Shown here in pieces: positions 1 to 11,900 of a DNA stretch of 64,000 bases. This DNA comes from Lepidodermella squamata (lineage: Eukaryota > Animalia > Gastrotricha). The translations under genes were made by a program, and so were the position numbers. Under the pieces are notes generated by a model. It ran no database searches and was not told the DNA's origin. It saw only the letters and a list, made by a program, of their open reading frames with translations. The stretch is from NCBI GenBank assembly GCA_047495785.1, contig JBLDXI010000032.1:310001-374000 (forward strand), written 5' to 3'. Each line of letters begins with the position of its first letter. Positions within the stretch are counted from its first letter, which is position 1.

Positions 1-617
1 TTCTCATGCCCTTCTGGCTGTTAAAAAATGCTTAAAACCAATGTTCATTACTCGTGATCATGGCTTAGTTAAAAATTCGTTTTTATCTCATTTTAGAGAA
101 CATTGAGATGACGACTTCCACCGCAAAAACTTGCTCGTATACCGTGATAACGAAAATTGATCTGATTGAAAAATTGAAAATAACGAAATTCATCTTGAAT
201 CACGTGATGAAATCATCGCTCTCGGAAAACTACTCGCTATCTCTCACAATTTTGTAATTTATACTTTGCAAATGATGGTCTCCCACGTTAACTGCCATCT
301 GGCTGCTGGCCTCGACCTCCCACATTTTGGGCTTGTCTTCAATCGAGGGCAGCATTGAAGAGTTTCTCATTAGAACAGTTGCTTTCCAGCGACATGTTCG
401 CGAGGTGGTTGAAAACCTTGGCGCATTGAGCACTTCTTTAATCGAGCGCGGACATCGCGTGATTAACACAGCAACATAGCAAATTGGTGTTGTGTCATAC
501 GAAAATAGACGCCTATGAGCATTTATCTATGATAAGAAGTTCCATACAATTATTCACGAAAATACCACGGGTAAAATAAACCCGCTCTGATGAACGACTG
601 CGTGGTCTGCGAGCTTG

Positions 618-830
618 GTTCGAGCTTTTCAGAACATGTTCGCAATGATGGAGCAAGTCATTAATTTCGTAATGGGATCAGCTGCAAGACTTGAAATTGT
701 CAAGGCGGAGGTATAGCGACTTAAAACAGCTAGTGGTGTTGATCGACTGATCAACTTTGGTGAAAATCGATTCATAGAGCGGCATAATGCCGTTCTGCGT
801 TTTGCCAATGTGTTCGACGTAGTCTCATCG
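618..830 (+). mobile_element. hAT-family transposase remnant (pseudogenised)
   Basis: Manual translation VRAFQNMFAMMEQVINFVMGSAARLEIVKAEV*RLKTASGVDRLINFGENRFIERHNAVLRFANVFDVV resembles the hAT/THAP0-type block 'F..S.KR...L..LC.TRWVERH.AV..F'. In-frame TAG at 714-716. Confidence 0.6.
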
Positions 831-1647
831 GTCTCAATCGGTCACATGCAATTTATTATTTTAGATACCTCAGCAAATGTCGTGAAACAAAACCGTGAAG
901 TTCTTCATTTTCGGCGATGAAAATTATCGAGGATGCTGAAAATCCGCTATTTCTTTTAAAATCAAAGGTTTAAAGCCGAATGGCCTTGAAAGATTCATTC
1001 CCTTTCACCCGCCGCGTTGAAGAAGGTTCCCTCTGGAGCTCCACCCAGATAGAGAAATTCGCCCATTCCTCTATCCTACGCTTTAATGGCCAATCTTCTG
1101 GAAATGCTGAAAAATGAAATAATTTTTCCTAAAAGCTAAGGAAAGTGTTTGGAGGCGTTGCCTATCAACATCACGAGGTGCCTCAAGCACCGATAATTGC
1201 AATTTTGGTGATGTCCATTCTAATTCTACATCGAATTTTCGTTATTACTGTTGTTTTAGCCGTTCTAATCACCACAACTGTTTGCCTCATTTGTAAGATG
1301 GCACCTTGCATTCAAGGAAGAATGGCCAAGGTATCTGAGCGGCGAAATCCTGTTTACCGAAATATAAATGCCGAAAGCGAATCTGCTATTTATTTAAAGT
1401 GTTCAACACTGCACGATTTTCTATGCTCATTTGCGCTATTTCAATAATTAATGAAAAGATTGTGTATTGTATTTCCTCTTCTTAGAATTTAGAGGACTAA
1501 TACGGTTACTTGACAAATGGCTACAGTTCTGGTCGCTCAGAATACCCTTGAAAACGGTACTGTCATCAGTTCCCAAAGAAACAACTGACGAGGAAGGAGT
1601 TTGTTCAAGAAAAAGTTTGACCGCCATAAATAGTTTACCGAAAGCGC

Positions 1648-2001
1648 GTGACGGGCGAAAAATACGTTTACCGCGATGCCAAGTTGATAAAAGCCAAAAT
1701 TGTCGTTCGTCTGGTTGGCTGTTGTCAAAAGCTCAAATGCTACTTGAAATTCGAAGACGCGAGTATTACACAGCTCTGTGACGATTATGGAAAAACCGCA
1801 AGTCTGGATGACCAGCGCGGATGGATCGACCGTTACGTATCTGTTGAGCCTAAATCCAAGAGATGGACAATCACTTATTCACTTCCAGCTAAGTACGATA
1901 TTGAATCTAAGCGGCCAACAAGGGCTGTTAGTCTCGCCGTTATTCCTGTTTGTAAGGAATTCATCGAAAAGGCGCTATCGGTTAGAATGAAATTTTTGTA
2001 G
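1648..2001 (+). mobile_element. DNA transposase N-terminal remnant (Sola/DUF7869-like)
   Basis: Has CC..LKC..KF, Q..WI..YV, Y.L and VCKEFIEKALSV, like the 'VCK.FF..TL.I' region upstream of Sola-type transposase cores. Same broad class as 20309-20956. Confidence 0.4.
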
Positions 2002-3411
2002 TACAATTTAACAAAGAAGATAAAGGAGGGCGGTCAAAAACGCGGCACCTTGTTAATTAACCGCTGTAAGAAGTGGAACTGTTGGCAAAAGTTCACGGGT
2101 GATTCAATTCGAGAACTGTCAGCTTTTTTCGTCAGTCAGACAGTATTCATGGCCAGCGAATCTTTCTGTCCCGATTCGCTGTGAGAGAAACGGTTTCGAC
2201 AATTCACGGACTAAAAGTATGCAGTGGTTCCACGTCTCGAGCTAGATCAATGTTTCCGCGACTGGAACGATGTTAGATGTTATAATATATTATTTCTTAC
2301 CCTCAAGGATTTTTACAAAATATCTGCGACACTTATGCATGGATTGGGCCACCACTCACCCAGTTCTCTCCTTGGGCTATCTCTCCGTCTATATTCAAGA
2401 ATTACGAATTGTACCCATACATTTGTATTTCTCAAGCAAAGATGTGAGTCCTCAAAGGCAAGAAAGAAGTTTAATCGGGCTATTTTGCCAGTGGTTTCCT
2501 TTTTCTCGCAGGACTGCTGGAGTTTGGCCTTATCCGTTCCGTTATTAGGCTCAACTTATGGTTTATGTCTGTTCCCACACAACCCCTAGGCAGCCCGCAA
2601 CCGGTTGCGGGTTGCAATCGTAGGATATCCCCGGCTACAACGGTCAACATCAAGAAATTCGTTGAACATATACTCTAAGCGTAAGTGGACTAGATAAGAA
2701 ATATGTACGTGTGTGGATTTTTTCACGATCAAGGAAAAATTTATTCACATACTACTAGGTTTTCGAAAATCACCAAAGTGCGGGCTCTTCCCTGACGGAT
2801 TGAAAACTAATAACAAATCGTCTTTGAAAAAATTCTGAGAGATTTTATCAGGCGAGGAATAAGATCCGCCATTGTGTAACCATTAAAAAAGATTAGGAAA
2901 CTCACAAAGCTTGGTATGAGCCGAATACACACTGTCACCAGTCTCAATAGTGGATAACAGCTCCAGATTCGGCGGCGAATCGACTGGCGGAGGCACTTCA
3001 ATATCGGTTGCAATCGCTTCGTAGTCCAATTTCCCACCAAATAATACACCCCAAGTATCCATTGATGTGATATAGGAAAATAATCAAACCTACAAATACA
3101 AAGCCATTCAGAATATATTGCACAATTCCACTTAAGATATTAAGGTGGAAGTTTGTATCGAAAATACCATCGAGCATGCTCACAACAAATAGGGTGATAA
3201 TCGCAGAATGAAAGTTAGCCCGGAAATGCGGAAATAAGAAGAGAAATAGCGAATCGACATAGTTAATTAAGCGTGGCCACGTTACGTAATTACGCTAGCT
3301 GGCTAGTCGCGTGCCAGAAAACGCGTGCGCGCTTGATAATTTTGCTCATTCATTTTTTCAATTTAAACACAGAAAATCACAACCCAGCATTATTAGTAAT
3401 TCAAGAGGTTT

Positions 3412-5707
3412 CTAATCGAATTTCTCACAAAACTGAATGAGAAGCTTATTGTCAGAGTAGGTCTCATCAACGCGAATTTCTTTGATTGAGCTTAGCAGCG
3501 AACCATAATTATCAATAAGCCGGCATTTTTCAACCAAACTGGCATCGATTCTCGACCAATCAGCCAATAGTTCGATTGCCTTAATGAGCAGGTCATCTTT
3601 CAACCCAGTTTTAGCCAAAATTCGGCTGGCAAGATTGACCAGAAGCGGAGTATTAGCAACAATCATGTCTTTCACACGATCATCCGGAACTTCCAGAATC
3701 GAGGAACAGGTTTTAGCCGAAATTGCCAACAAAAATTCGACATCGATAAAAGAGTCAGCTTCGATTGATCGGGTGATGAGATTCTTCAAAAAGTCATTCA
3801 GTTTTGGTAAATTCAGCAACTTTATCAGCGCGTTTGAATCTGCGTGTTTCATCAAAGCAGCAAAGCAGGCCAAAGCGTCCTTTTCATGCACGCGATGCGA
3901 AATTAAGGAGGAGATTTTCTTTAGAACATCACAAGACTCCAATTGCAGCGAAACTTTGGCGAAAGCTTGGCACTTCTCGCTGAGATTTCTGATGATTTTC
4001 ACAGTATCTCCGACGTGAGATTTCGACTTTCTTATATCTTCATCCACAAAAACAGCCGCTAAATGCTTGGCGAGACGGCCAAGAAGATTCGCGTCGCTTA
4101 AAATTTCATTCAAATCGACATCATCTTCAGACGACAGATTCAGGGCCAGCGTCAAAGTTTGCTTCAGATGTTCTTTGGCCACTCTAGTTTCCGCCCAATA
4201 GTAATTCACAGCGTATTTTAATCGAGTCGCAACGTGGTGCCAAACACCAGGCCGAGCCGCTAGGATCCTCCTTAAATTCGGCCGTTCCGACGCGGCGAGC
4301 CAAAACGGTAGGAAAGACTCGTAAATAGGCATGGTCATCCTCATCATTTCAGACCTCGACACTAGATACAGAGAGCTGAGGGTAGCTAGCAGTGATAAGG
4401 CATGGTCCAGCTTTTCACGTTTCATCAATTCCAAACTATCGAGAAACCACGGTTCGCATAGAACAGACGTGATTTGCTTGTTGTACTTGTTGGTATTCGG
4501 CGAGTTTCGCACGTCATAAGCCGCGATGTGAAAACTCATGAGATGAGCGTAGAAAGACAGATCGTTGAAAGGCGGGGTATCTTTGATGTAAGAATTTCGC
4601 AACTTTTCATCGGCCAAAATGTTGTTCAGTACAGGCAAAAGACCTCCGACGAGAATTCCGACCGCGAAACTGTGGCCAATTCTGGGGAAGATTTCTTGAT
4701 AACTGTGAAAACTAGTCGCCGAAAACGCTAGTTTTGCCAGAGTTATGCCCAGAGGCGTTATCGAGAGTAAGATATCCATATTTTCGCTGAAAAAACTTTC
4801 GATCACGTTCAAGTACGATGCGACAAAACGAGCCTCGCCCTGGGTCATTTTGCTGATAACAGGCATCGGTTCTTCCATAAATTCGCGGATATAAGGCGTT
4901 TTCATCGCCATTTGAGGGATTAAGCAATACCATCGCTGTAGAATACTATCGTCAATGTCGGCGTTAGCCATGTAGAAATACGTCATTTCAAGGGCCAAAT
5001 ACACCTCAGCCGATCGCTCGCCCGCCGTCGTCAATCTTCGCTCAAGTTCATCCAATTCTTCGATTTTCGCTTTGATAAGCTTCGAGGGTGGAATCGATTC
5101 GATCAGCCGGTTTGTCTCGCTTTTATAGAAGGCTTTGTCCTTTTCTGGGATAAGGTGATGGCTGTGTTCGTAGTGGAAACGAGCCTCGTCACCCCGGCCC
5201 AATTCGCAATAAGCTCTTATCGTCAGCAACTGCAGTTTCACCGAGCCATGCAAGTCCATATCAGCGCCAACACTCAGGAAACACGATGCTTCTTCAGGGC
5301 AGCCGTCGTTTATGTAGGCTATTCCGATATTAGAGTAATTTTTCACCTCGTAAGGGTCTATGCTGATCGCCTTGTGGTAGCTAGCGATGGCTTCTTTGAA
5401 GTTTTTCTTACGATAGTGCTCATTGCCAACTTCACGAACATCTTCAGCCTCGAGCTGACGGTCTAATTTGACGGAATCACCATAAATTTGATCACCTGAA
5501 AGGAAAATCGGTCAATTTCAAATGCAGGAGAAAGTTAAAGAACCTACTGAGCGTTATGTGGACGTGAGTATATATCACATTCGCGTTTTCTATCTTCGAT
5601 ACAGCGGCCAAATTTTCTGGTGTATCGATGGGACTAGGAATTATGTCCTCAAATTCAATCGCTTCATAATTCAGTTTACCACCGAAAAGCGTTTTCCAAT
5701 AAGCCAT
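3412..5707 (-). CDS. TPR/helical-repeat family paralogue 1 (747 aa; exons 5707-5548, 5495-3412)
   Basis: ATG at 5707 (MAYWKTLFGG). A 52-nt GT-AG intron (5547-5496, phase 1) restores the frame into TPR1 (VREVGNEHYRKKNFKEAIASYHKAISIDP) and then the 644-aa ORF. Family motifs PFNDLSFY, EPWF, FW...RPGVW. Confidence 0.9.
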
Positions 5708-5975
5708 CTTAATAACTCCTAAAAGGTTCAGTAAAATTGCGGTGCAAAAATGAAGAAAAATGAGCCTAGCCTCAAAACTCGGAAAAGAGTTTTTCATAAA
5801 ATCTCGGCATTTCTAAATCCGCAGAAAATGCGTTTTACTTATCCGCAATTTCAGAAAATAATTATTATACATCTGGAAAACTGGAGTAACACTATTTACA
5901 AGACGATGGTGCATGAAAATAAGCGTCAATTTATGTTTTTTTTCATTCTCGCTCTAAAAATGATCCTCACTAGTT

Positions 5976-8900
5976 TCAGACCGCGTTTGCACTATTCAGA
6001 TCAAGCTTGGACATGCGAATCGCCTCGACGATAGCCGGGTCAGCAGCCGATAGCTTCGAAACTAGATTTGGCAAATTAGAATTTTCCGGCATCGATTTCG
6101 ACAGTTTTACAATTCCCTTCGCCATATCTTGATATTTCGAGGCTAAAATCGCAGCGATCAATTTTTCTTTCCCAGCAGCTAAAAACTCATCCTTAAAAAG
6201 AGCTCCAAGCAAATCAACAGCCGCAATCTTCACTGCATCGTTGTCAAAAGTAGCGATGATTTCGACTAGACGATCAATCAATTTGGCAAATTTTTCGTCT
6301 TTAACCAACTTCGCAACCGAATCTTGAGTAGCTTTCTGAGCCAATTTAGCGCAGCTGATTAAAGCAACAGATAACGTGTCGATATTGGTCAATTTGGTCT
6401 GGATTAAGGCAACAACAGCATTTCGAAGACCTTTCGCATGCCTTTTCAGGACTAATTCAGGGAATTCAGGACGGCATTCCGAGAGGCTGTTGATAATTTC
6501 AAACGTAGCGCGAGATATTGAATCGATGAAAGTAGGCGAAAGGCCGCTCAAGCTCTTTTTAGTTGGAATTTCCAGCAACATTTCAAAGGCAATTGGAAAT
6601 TCTTCCATGCAAGGATTTTGGTCGAAAATCGCGGGATTAAGAGGGAACTTCGCCAGGTTACGAAGAGTTCGAATGGTGTCCTCCAAATGGCCTCGGCAAT
6701 TCGAATTTGTCGATTCAAAAACGCAAATATGAGCAACCGCCTTACGCAGACGGCCGCACAGATGCAGCCAAAGGCCAGGCCGATCAGCAGCGATTGGACC
6801 CAAAACCGGGTTCGATGAAATTTTCAGCCAAAAATTGAGGAAAGACGAGAAGGGCGGGTTATCGATTTCAGCCATATTATAGCGACAGCTGTACAGAATT
6901 GCACTTAAAGTGTTCAATAATGAAAACGAATGATCGAGCGATTTTCTCGGCATTTTCTCCATTTTTTGAATAGACCACTGTTCGCAGAGAAGGTTGCAAA
7001 CTTCGCGGGCAAATGCGTCGGTTTTCGGCGATTCAATCGTGTCGAAAACAGTCAACATCATGCTGAAGTAATGGCAATAGAAAGACAGATCGTTCAGAGG
7101 CGCCGTTTCCTTGATAGCGGAATTTCGAATCGAAGGATAGCCGATCAAGGCGGTCAAAATTTGCATGTAAGCTGTGAAAAATCCACCGCAAATGTAACTG
7201 GCTCCGACAGTTTTGTAGCAAGCTTGAACGTTGGTTCGTTTCGTAAGGGCGAGGCCGAGTTTAGCCATGAATGGCATGAAGCAAGGTAATTCAACCAATT
7301 TCTTCGCATTTTCCAAGCTTTCTTGACATGCATAGTTTACCTGGAATAATTAAAATAAATCAGTTAAATAAACGAAAAAATTTGCTAAAATTCTGAATTC
7401 ATTTTGTTTTTTCCTTAATCCATGCAGCCCATGCATTTCAGGTAGTATTTAGCAGCCCCTACGCCCAGAATCAAAGCGTTATAGTAACATTTCCAGTGTT
7501 ACATACCCGAAATCTTTGTTGTAATATTGAGCGATTTAATCGAACAAAGACTTGTTAAGTTAGAACATAACCAGGTTTCTCTGAATCTACGACTGAACTT
7601 TGATGGAATAACTTCGCTTTCAAGCATGCTGGCACTGGAACTAAAGTCTGGCAATTAGTTGCTAGCATCTTCTGCAATTTGCCAGAGTTCACTAGTTTCA
7701 AGCCTGAGAATATGTTGTTGCTTGGTATATGGCAAGGTCCACAAATCTAAAACCGTCTGATGACTTCAAAGCGCCCGAAGATCTCAAGGTGGAAGTCTTG
7801 GATTATTCAAAAGCTCTTTGCTCTAGTTTTTGTGCTGGTCGCTGCCACAGTTGGGCGCCGCCAGTTCAGGTGCTCCCAAGGTTCCGCCCACCGCCAACGA
7901 TCAGGCTGGAACCAATGCTGCCGCCAGTTCAGGTGCTCCCAAGGTTCCGCCCACCGCCAACGATCAGGCTGGAACCAATGCTGCCGCCAGTTCAGGTGCT
8001 CCCAAGGTTCCGCCCACCGCCTATTATCAGGCTGGAACCAGCACTTCTGCTATTTCCGCGCTGCCCCAGTCCAGGCCAAATCCAGGCGATCAGGCCGGAA
8101 GCAGTGCTGTTGGGTCGGAAAACCAGCCGCCACAGCAGGAATTCGCAACTGAACAGCGAGAGGCAAGCTTAGATACCTGGATAACACTGCATTTCGACAG
8201 CAGGTGACTTATTTCCCAGTTTATGCCAGTTGGGCGCACGAACAATCAACTTCAAGTTGTCAGGACCGTGCATCACCTGGCATTTCAAGTTGCTTACCCT
8301 GACAAATCAGGGGTCCAAAATAAACACGCCACGCATCATTTGCGCCTTGCGATGCTCACACCGCAAAGATAGCACACAGCAGTCACGATTTATTACAAGT
8401 TTCCGAGTCTAAGCGTATCATGTAAAGTTAACTCCGGCCTCGTCATACCTGGTGAGTACCTCACGGGTTTAATACAGCTAAAATACTACCTCATTGAGAA
8501 GGTCGGGCCGAAGTTGGCAGTCTTTAATCGCGGAGAAAAATTTAGCCGGTTGTCCAGCTGGAAGGCGGAGATGGCCGGAAATGGCTATCCAAAACCCAAC
8601 CGGACCCTGCTACGGTCGATCGTTCCATCGCCCTTGGGCTGTTCGATAATATTATCCATCGCAACCACCTTCGCCAACCCTACTGTCAGCTGCATCTTAC
8701 TAAGAAGAATACGAGGAACAGAACGACGGTACGACTACTATATTCCGACGATCCCTGGTGAAAATTTAGCAGTACCTGCGATTGCCGAGATTACGCTGGC
8801 ACAAAAGTATTGCCAACAAACATTAAAATTCATTTCTTTGTTGCTGAACACTGGCAGCTGCCAATTCCTCATATATTTCCAGGCTTCAATTAAAACTACG

Positions 8901-11900
8901 ACATTTCATTTAGTTGACTTTTCATCAGCACTAAACATTCCCTTTCAAGCATTCTCTATATTTCTTGCTTTGATTTAGATTGGCGCAAAAGCCCGTCGGT
9001 GTTGTGTTTGTGTCAAAAATTACCTGCTGTGGTATTAATTTATGCCATTCACCATTGCTTCGCCAACCACTTATTTTAAGAAAAAATTGCTTCGTTCATC
9101 ATTCAGCTTCTTGCATCTCACCGTCACGACATGTTTATTGTTGGTGAAATTTTCTCAAGCCGAGAAATTATCCGTGCAGACATCAAATAACGGGACTACG
9201 CGCTACGCATCGATATTTGTGGTGAATAAATAACTCCGCCTTCACTATATTGTACAAATATCGAATTCATTGTGAATTCCCTATTCCCTAAATCTGTGAA
9301 ACTTCCTGTTCATTTACCTCACGAGAGAGGCGTGCTCTTTACAGCTGATGACAACCTACAAACTATCGTTGAGCAAGATAGCAAATCAATGCTGGAAAGT
9401 TTCTTTGAGTTAAATCGCGTTGCAAGGGATGAAATTGAAGTGTTGGATGTGACTACAACATCGCACGACCAACTCAATTTACATTTACAAGCCATGAGAA
9501 CTGGGGTCAACTGTTAAATGATTGCCAACTGCCCATGCGTAATAAACCAGTGCGGTCAACTTTTGTCAAACCGCAGTTAACCTGGGCCCTGTCCTCCAAT
9601 GATCAGCCCGGCGCTTCGAACCGGCACTAAACCTTTAACCGCGAAAATTCCCGAGAAAATTGAGAAGGCATTTTTTGGGTGAATAATCCATCCAAACTTT
9701 AACACTGCGAAGAATCGGTGTTACTTCATACAGGGTATTTCAAACAGTGATAATTTCATACATTTTTACATTAAATCGTGGCTATTTCATACAGTGTCAA
9801 TCTGGACAATGATTTTTCGTAAATATAAGTGGAGATCAAGATTATTTCGTACAAAACAAGGATTGATTTCAACTCATGAAATCGTGATAATTTCATACCG
9901 AAAGTTAAACGAGCTATAAAGCGGCTCAAGAACCATAATCCAGCTTAATAGCTCGTAATTGCTACTTACTCGCTACCATGCTTTTCTTAACCTTACGACA
10001 TTTACTGCCTTTGCTTATCGTATGCGACGTATGCAGTAAGGATTGCCCCACTGAGCGCGGCTTGAAGATTCACAAGACAAGTCGCTGTATAGCAAGAAAT
10101 GTCACACCGGCTTCTACATCTTCTACGCCGGCAATGAGCCGCCAAACTTCAGTTGCAATGGAGTTCGAGGACTCTATTCCCATTTTTCGAGTACATCGAC
10201 TCGTATTGGTTTAAAGATGTAACCGAGGAGAGATGGTGTGTTTATCGGAAGGAATTTCGCACTAACAACTTTGCAGAAGGCAACAACAACGGGATTAACA
10301 CGAAGGTTGGAGTGAGTCACCCTAATGTCTGGCGTTTTCGAATTCTATGCTCGAGCTAGAAAACGATTCTCGAGTTGTTATCGACCAAATCACCTACAAG
10401 CCGGCTAGCTCCGGAACCAAGCAAAAATATCGAACTTAATCAAGTCGCGCTGGGACGAGTTCGATCAGAACAAGCTTATTCCAATTGAGTTCTTAGATGC
10501 GGTTTCCGATGTACTTTCTCAACTCAAGGAGAAGAAGCCCAGGGCGAAAGAATACTTCCGCGAACTGGCCCCGTTGGACTTTGTTGATCCTGAGGGTGAA
10601 AGTGAAGATGATAATAATGATCATAAAGATGATTAACGATTAAATCTGTTTTCCGGGTGTAGAGAAGAATAAAGTATGAAATTATCACGATTTTCGTTGG
10701 TATTTATTTTCGTATGAGAAAGTCACAAAAAAATCAGAAAAATGTCATGAAAATATCACGGAAATAATGTACGAGTTACTACTGGTTTTGTATGAAATTA
10801 TCACTGTATGAAGTACATTGTATGAACTAACACTTTACCCGGCCAACACTATGAGCCGAAAGATAATTACGATACATGAAATGCATAAAAATTATTGAAG
10901 AAATAAATAAATATCAAGAGGCTAGGATACGAACCTGTAACAAGAAAACGCCAACGAATCGAAATTCGTTTCCAGTCATCTGGGGCAATCGACCTTCAGG
11001 ATCCCGGACAAATTCGGCGATAAAAGGCGTTTCAGTGAACATTTTGCAGAGAACATCAAGCCATTCCACCGGGCAGTGTAGCTTATTCCGAGACGCATCC
11101 ATGAAATGCTCACTCAAAAAGAGATAGACCTCCGCAGATCGCTCGCCACTGGTCAACAATCGCCGGCCGAATTCTTCCATATCCTGGCGATCGTTTCGAT
11201 CATGTTGCAAGTCACGCGGGACCGATCGAATAATTTTCTCCAATTCGGATTTGTAAGTCTTCTTATCAGCCTTGTCGATTAGATGCATGTTATCCAGCCC
11301 CCACGACTTCGCCGCCTTGTAAAACCCGAGGTTAGCCGTTGCTTGGACCATGAGTAAATGAGCTTTAGCCGAAGTGCGACCCACATCGATCGCCATACTA
11401 GTAGCTGCCAGGGCCTCTTCATGTAGGCCCAGGGCCATGTAGCAAATTGCTATGTTATTGAATAGACGAACGTCGTACGAAGCGAGAAGTAAGGCTCGAC
11501 GGTAAGCTTCGATCGCCTCCTCGTACTTTCCCTCGCCGTGCAATTTGTTGCCAAGTTGTCGAATCGGTTCGGCGTCGACGAGCCGGTCTTCTTTAGAGCG
11601 CCCTCCTTCCATTTCGATCGCTAAAAAACAAAATTGAAGAATAAATATGAAAAATCAGGATAATTCGGCGAAATTTGGCGAAGACTCATCTGCCTAAAAA
11701 TGTCTTAATTCTTTCACCATTCTGTAGAGCCCTAAGGAAAGACCTTAGTTCGTCACACACTTCTGATTCAATACAACTGACCCTTCTGCTACGCCGTCTG
11801 GCTCTGGATCAGGGCCAAGCGCACCTCCCGTGACTTTACAGGTATCAATTAATTTACAGGTCAAGCGACGCCTCTGGTTCCCGATTCGAACGTCAAGGTC

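Noticed and set aside
7857-8045. CRISPR-like array
   Set aside because: Head-to-tail 63-bp units with no unique spacers, in a eukaryotic context.
10914-11612. Stand-alone short TPR gene starting at ATG 11612
   Set aside because: It is exon 2 of paralogue 2. A phase-matched upstream exon (13993-13837) aligns with paralogue 1, and a downstream exon starts at 7340.
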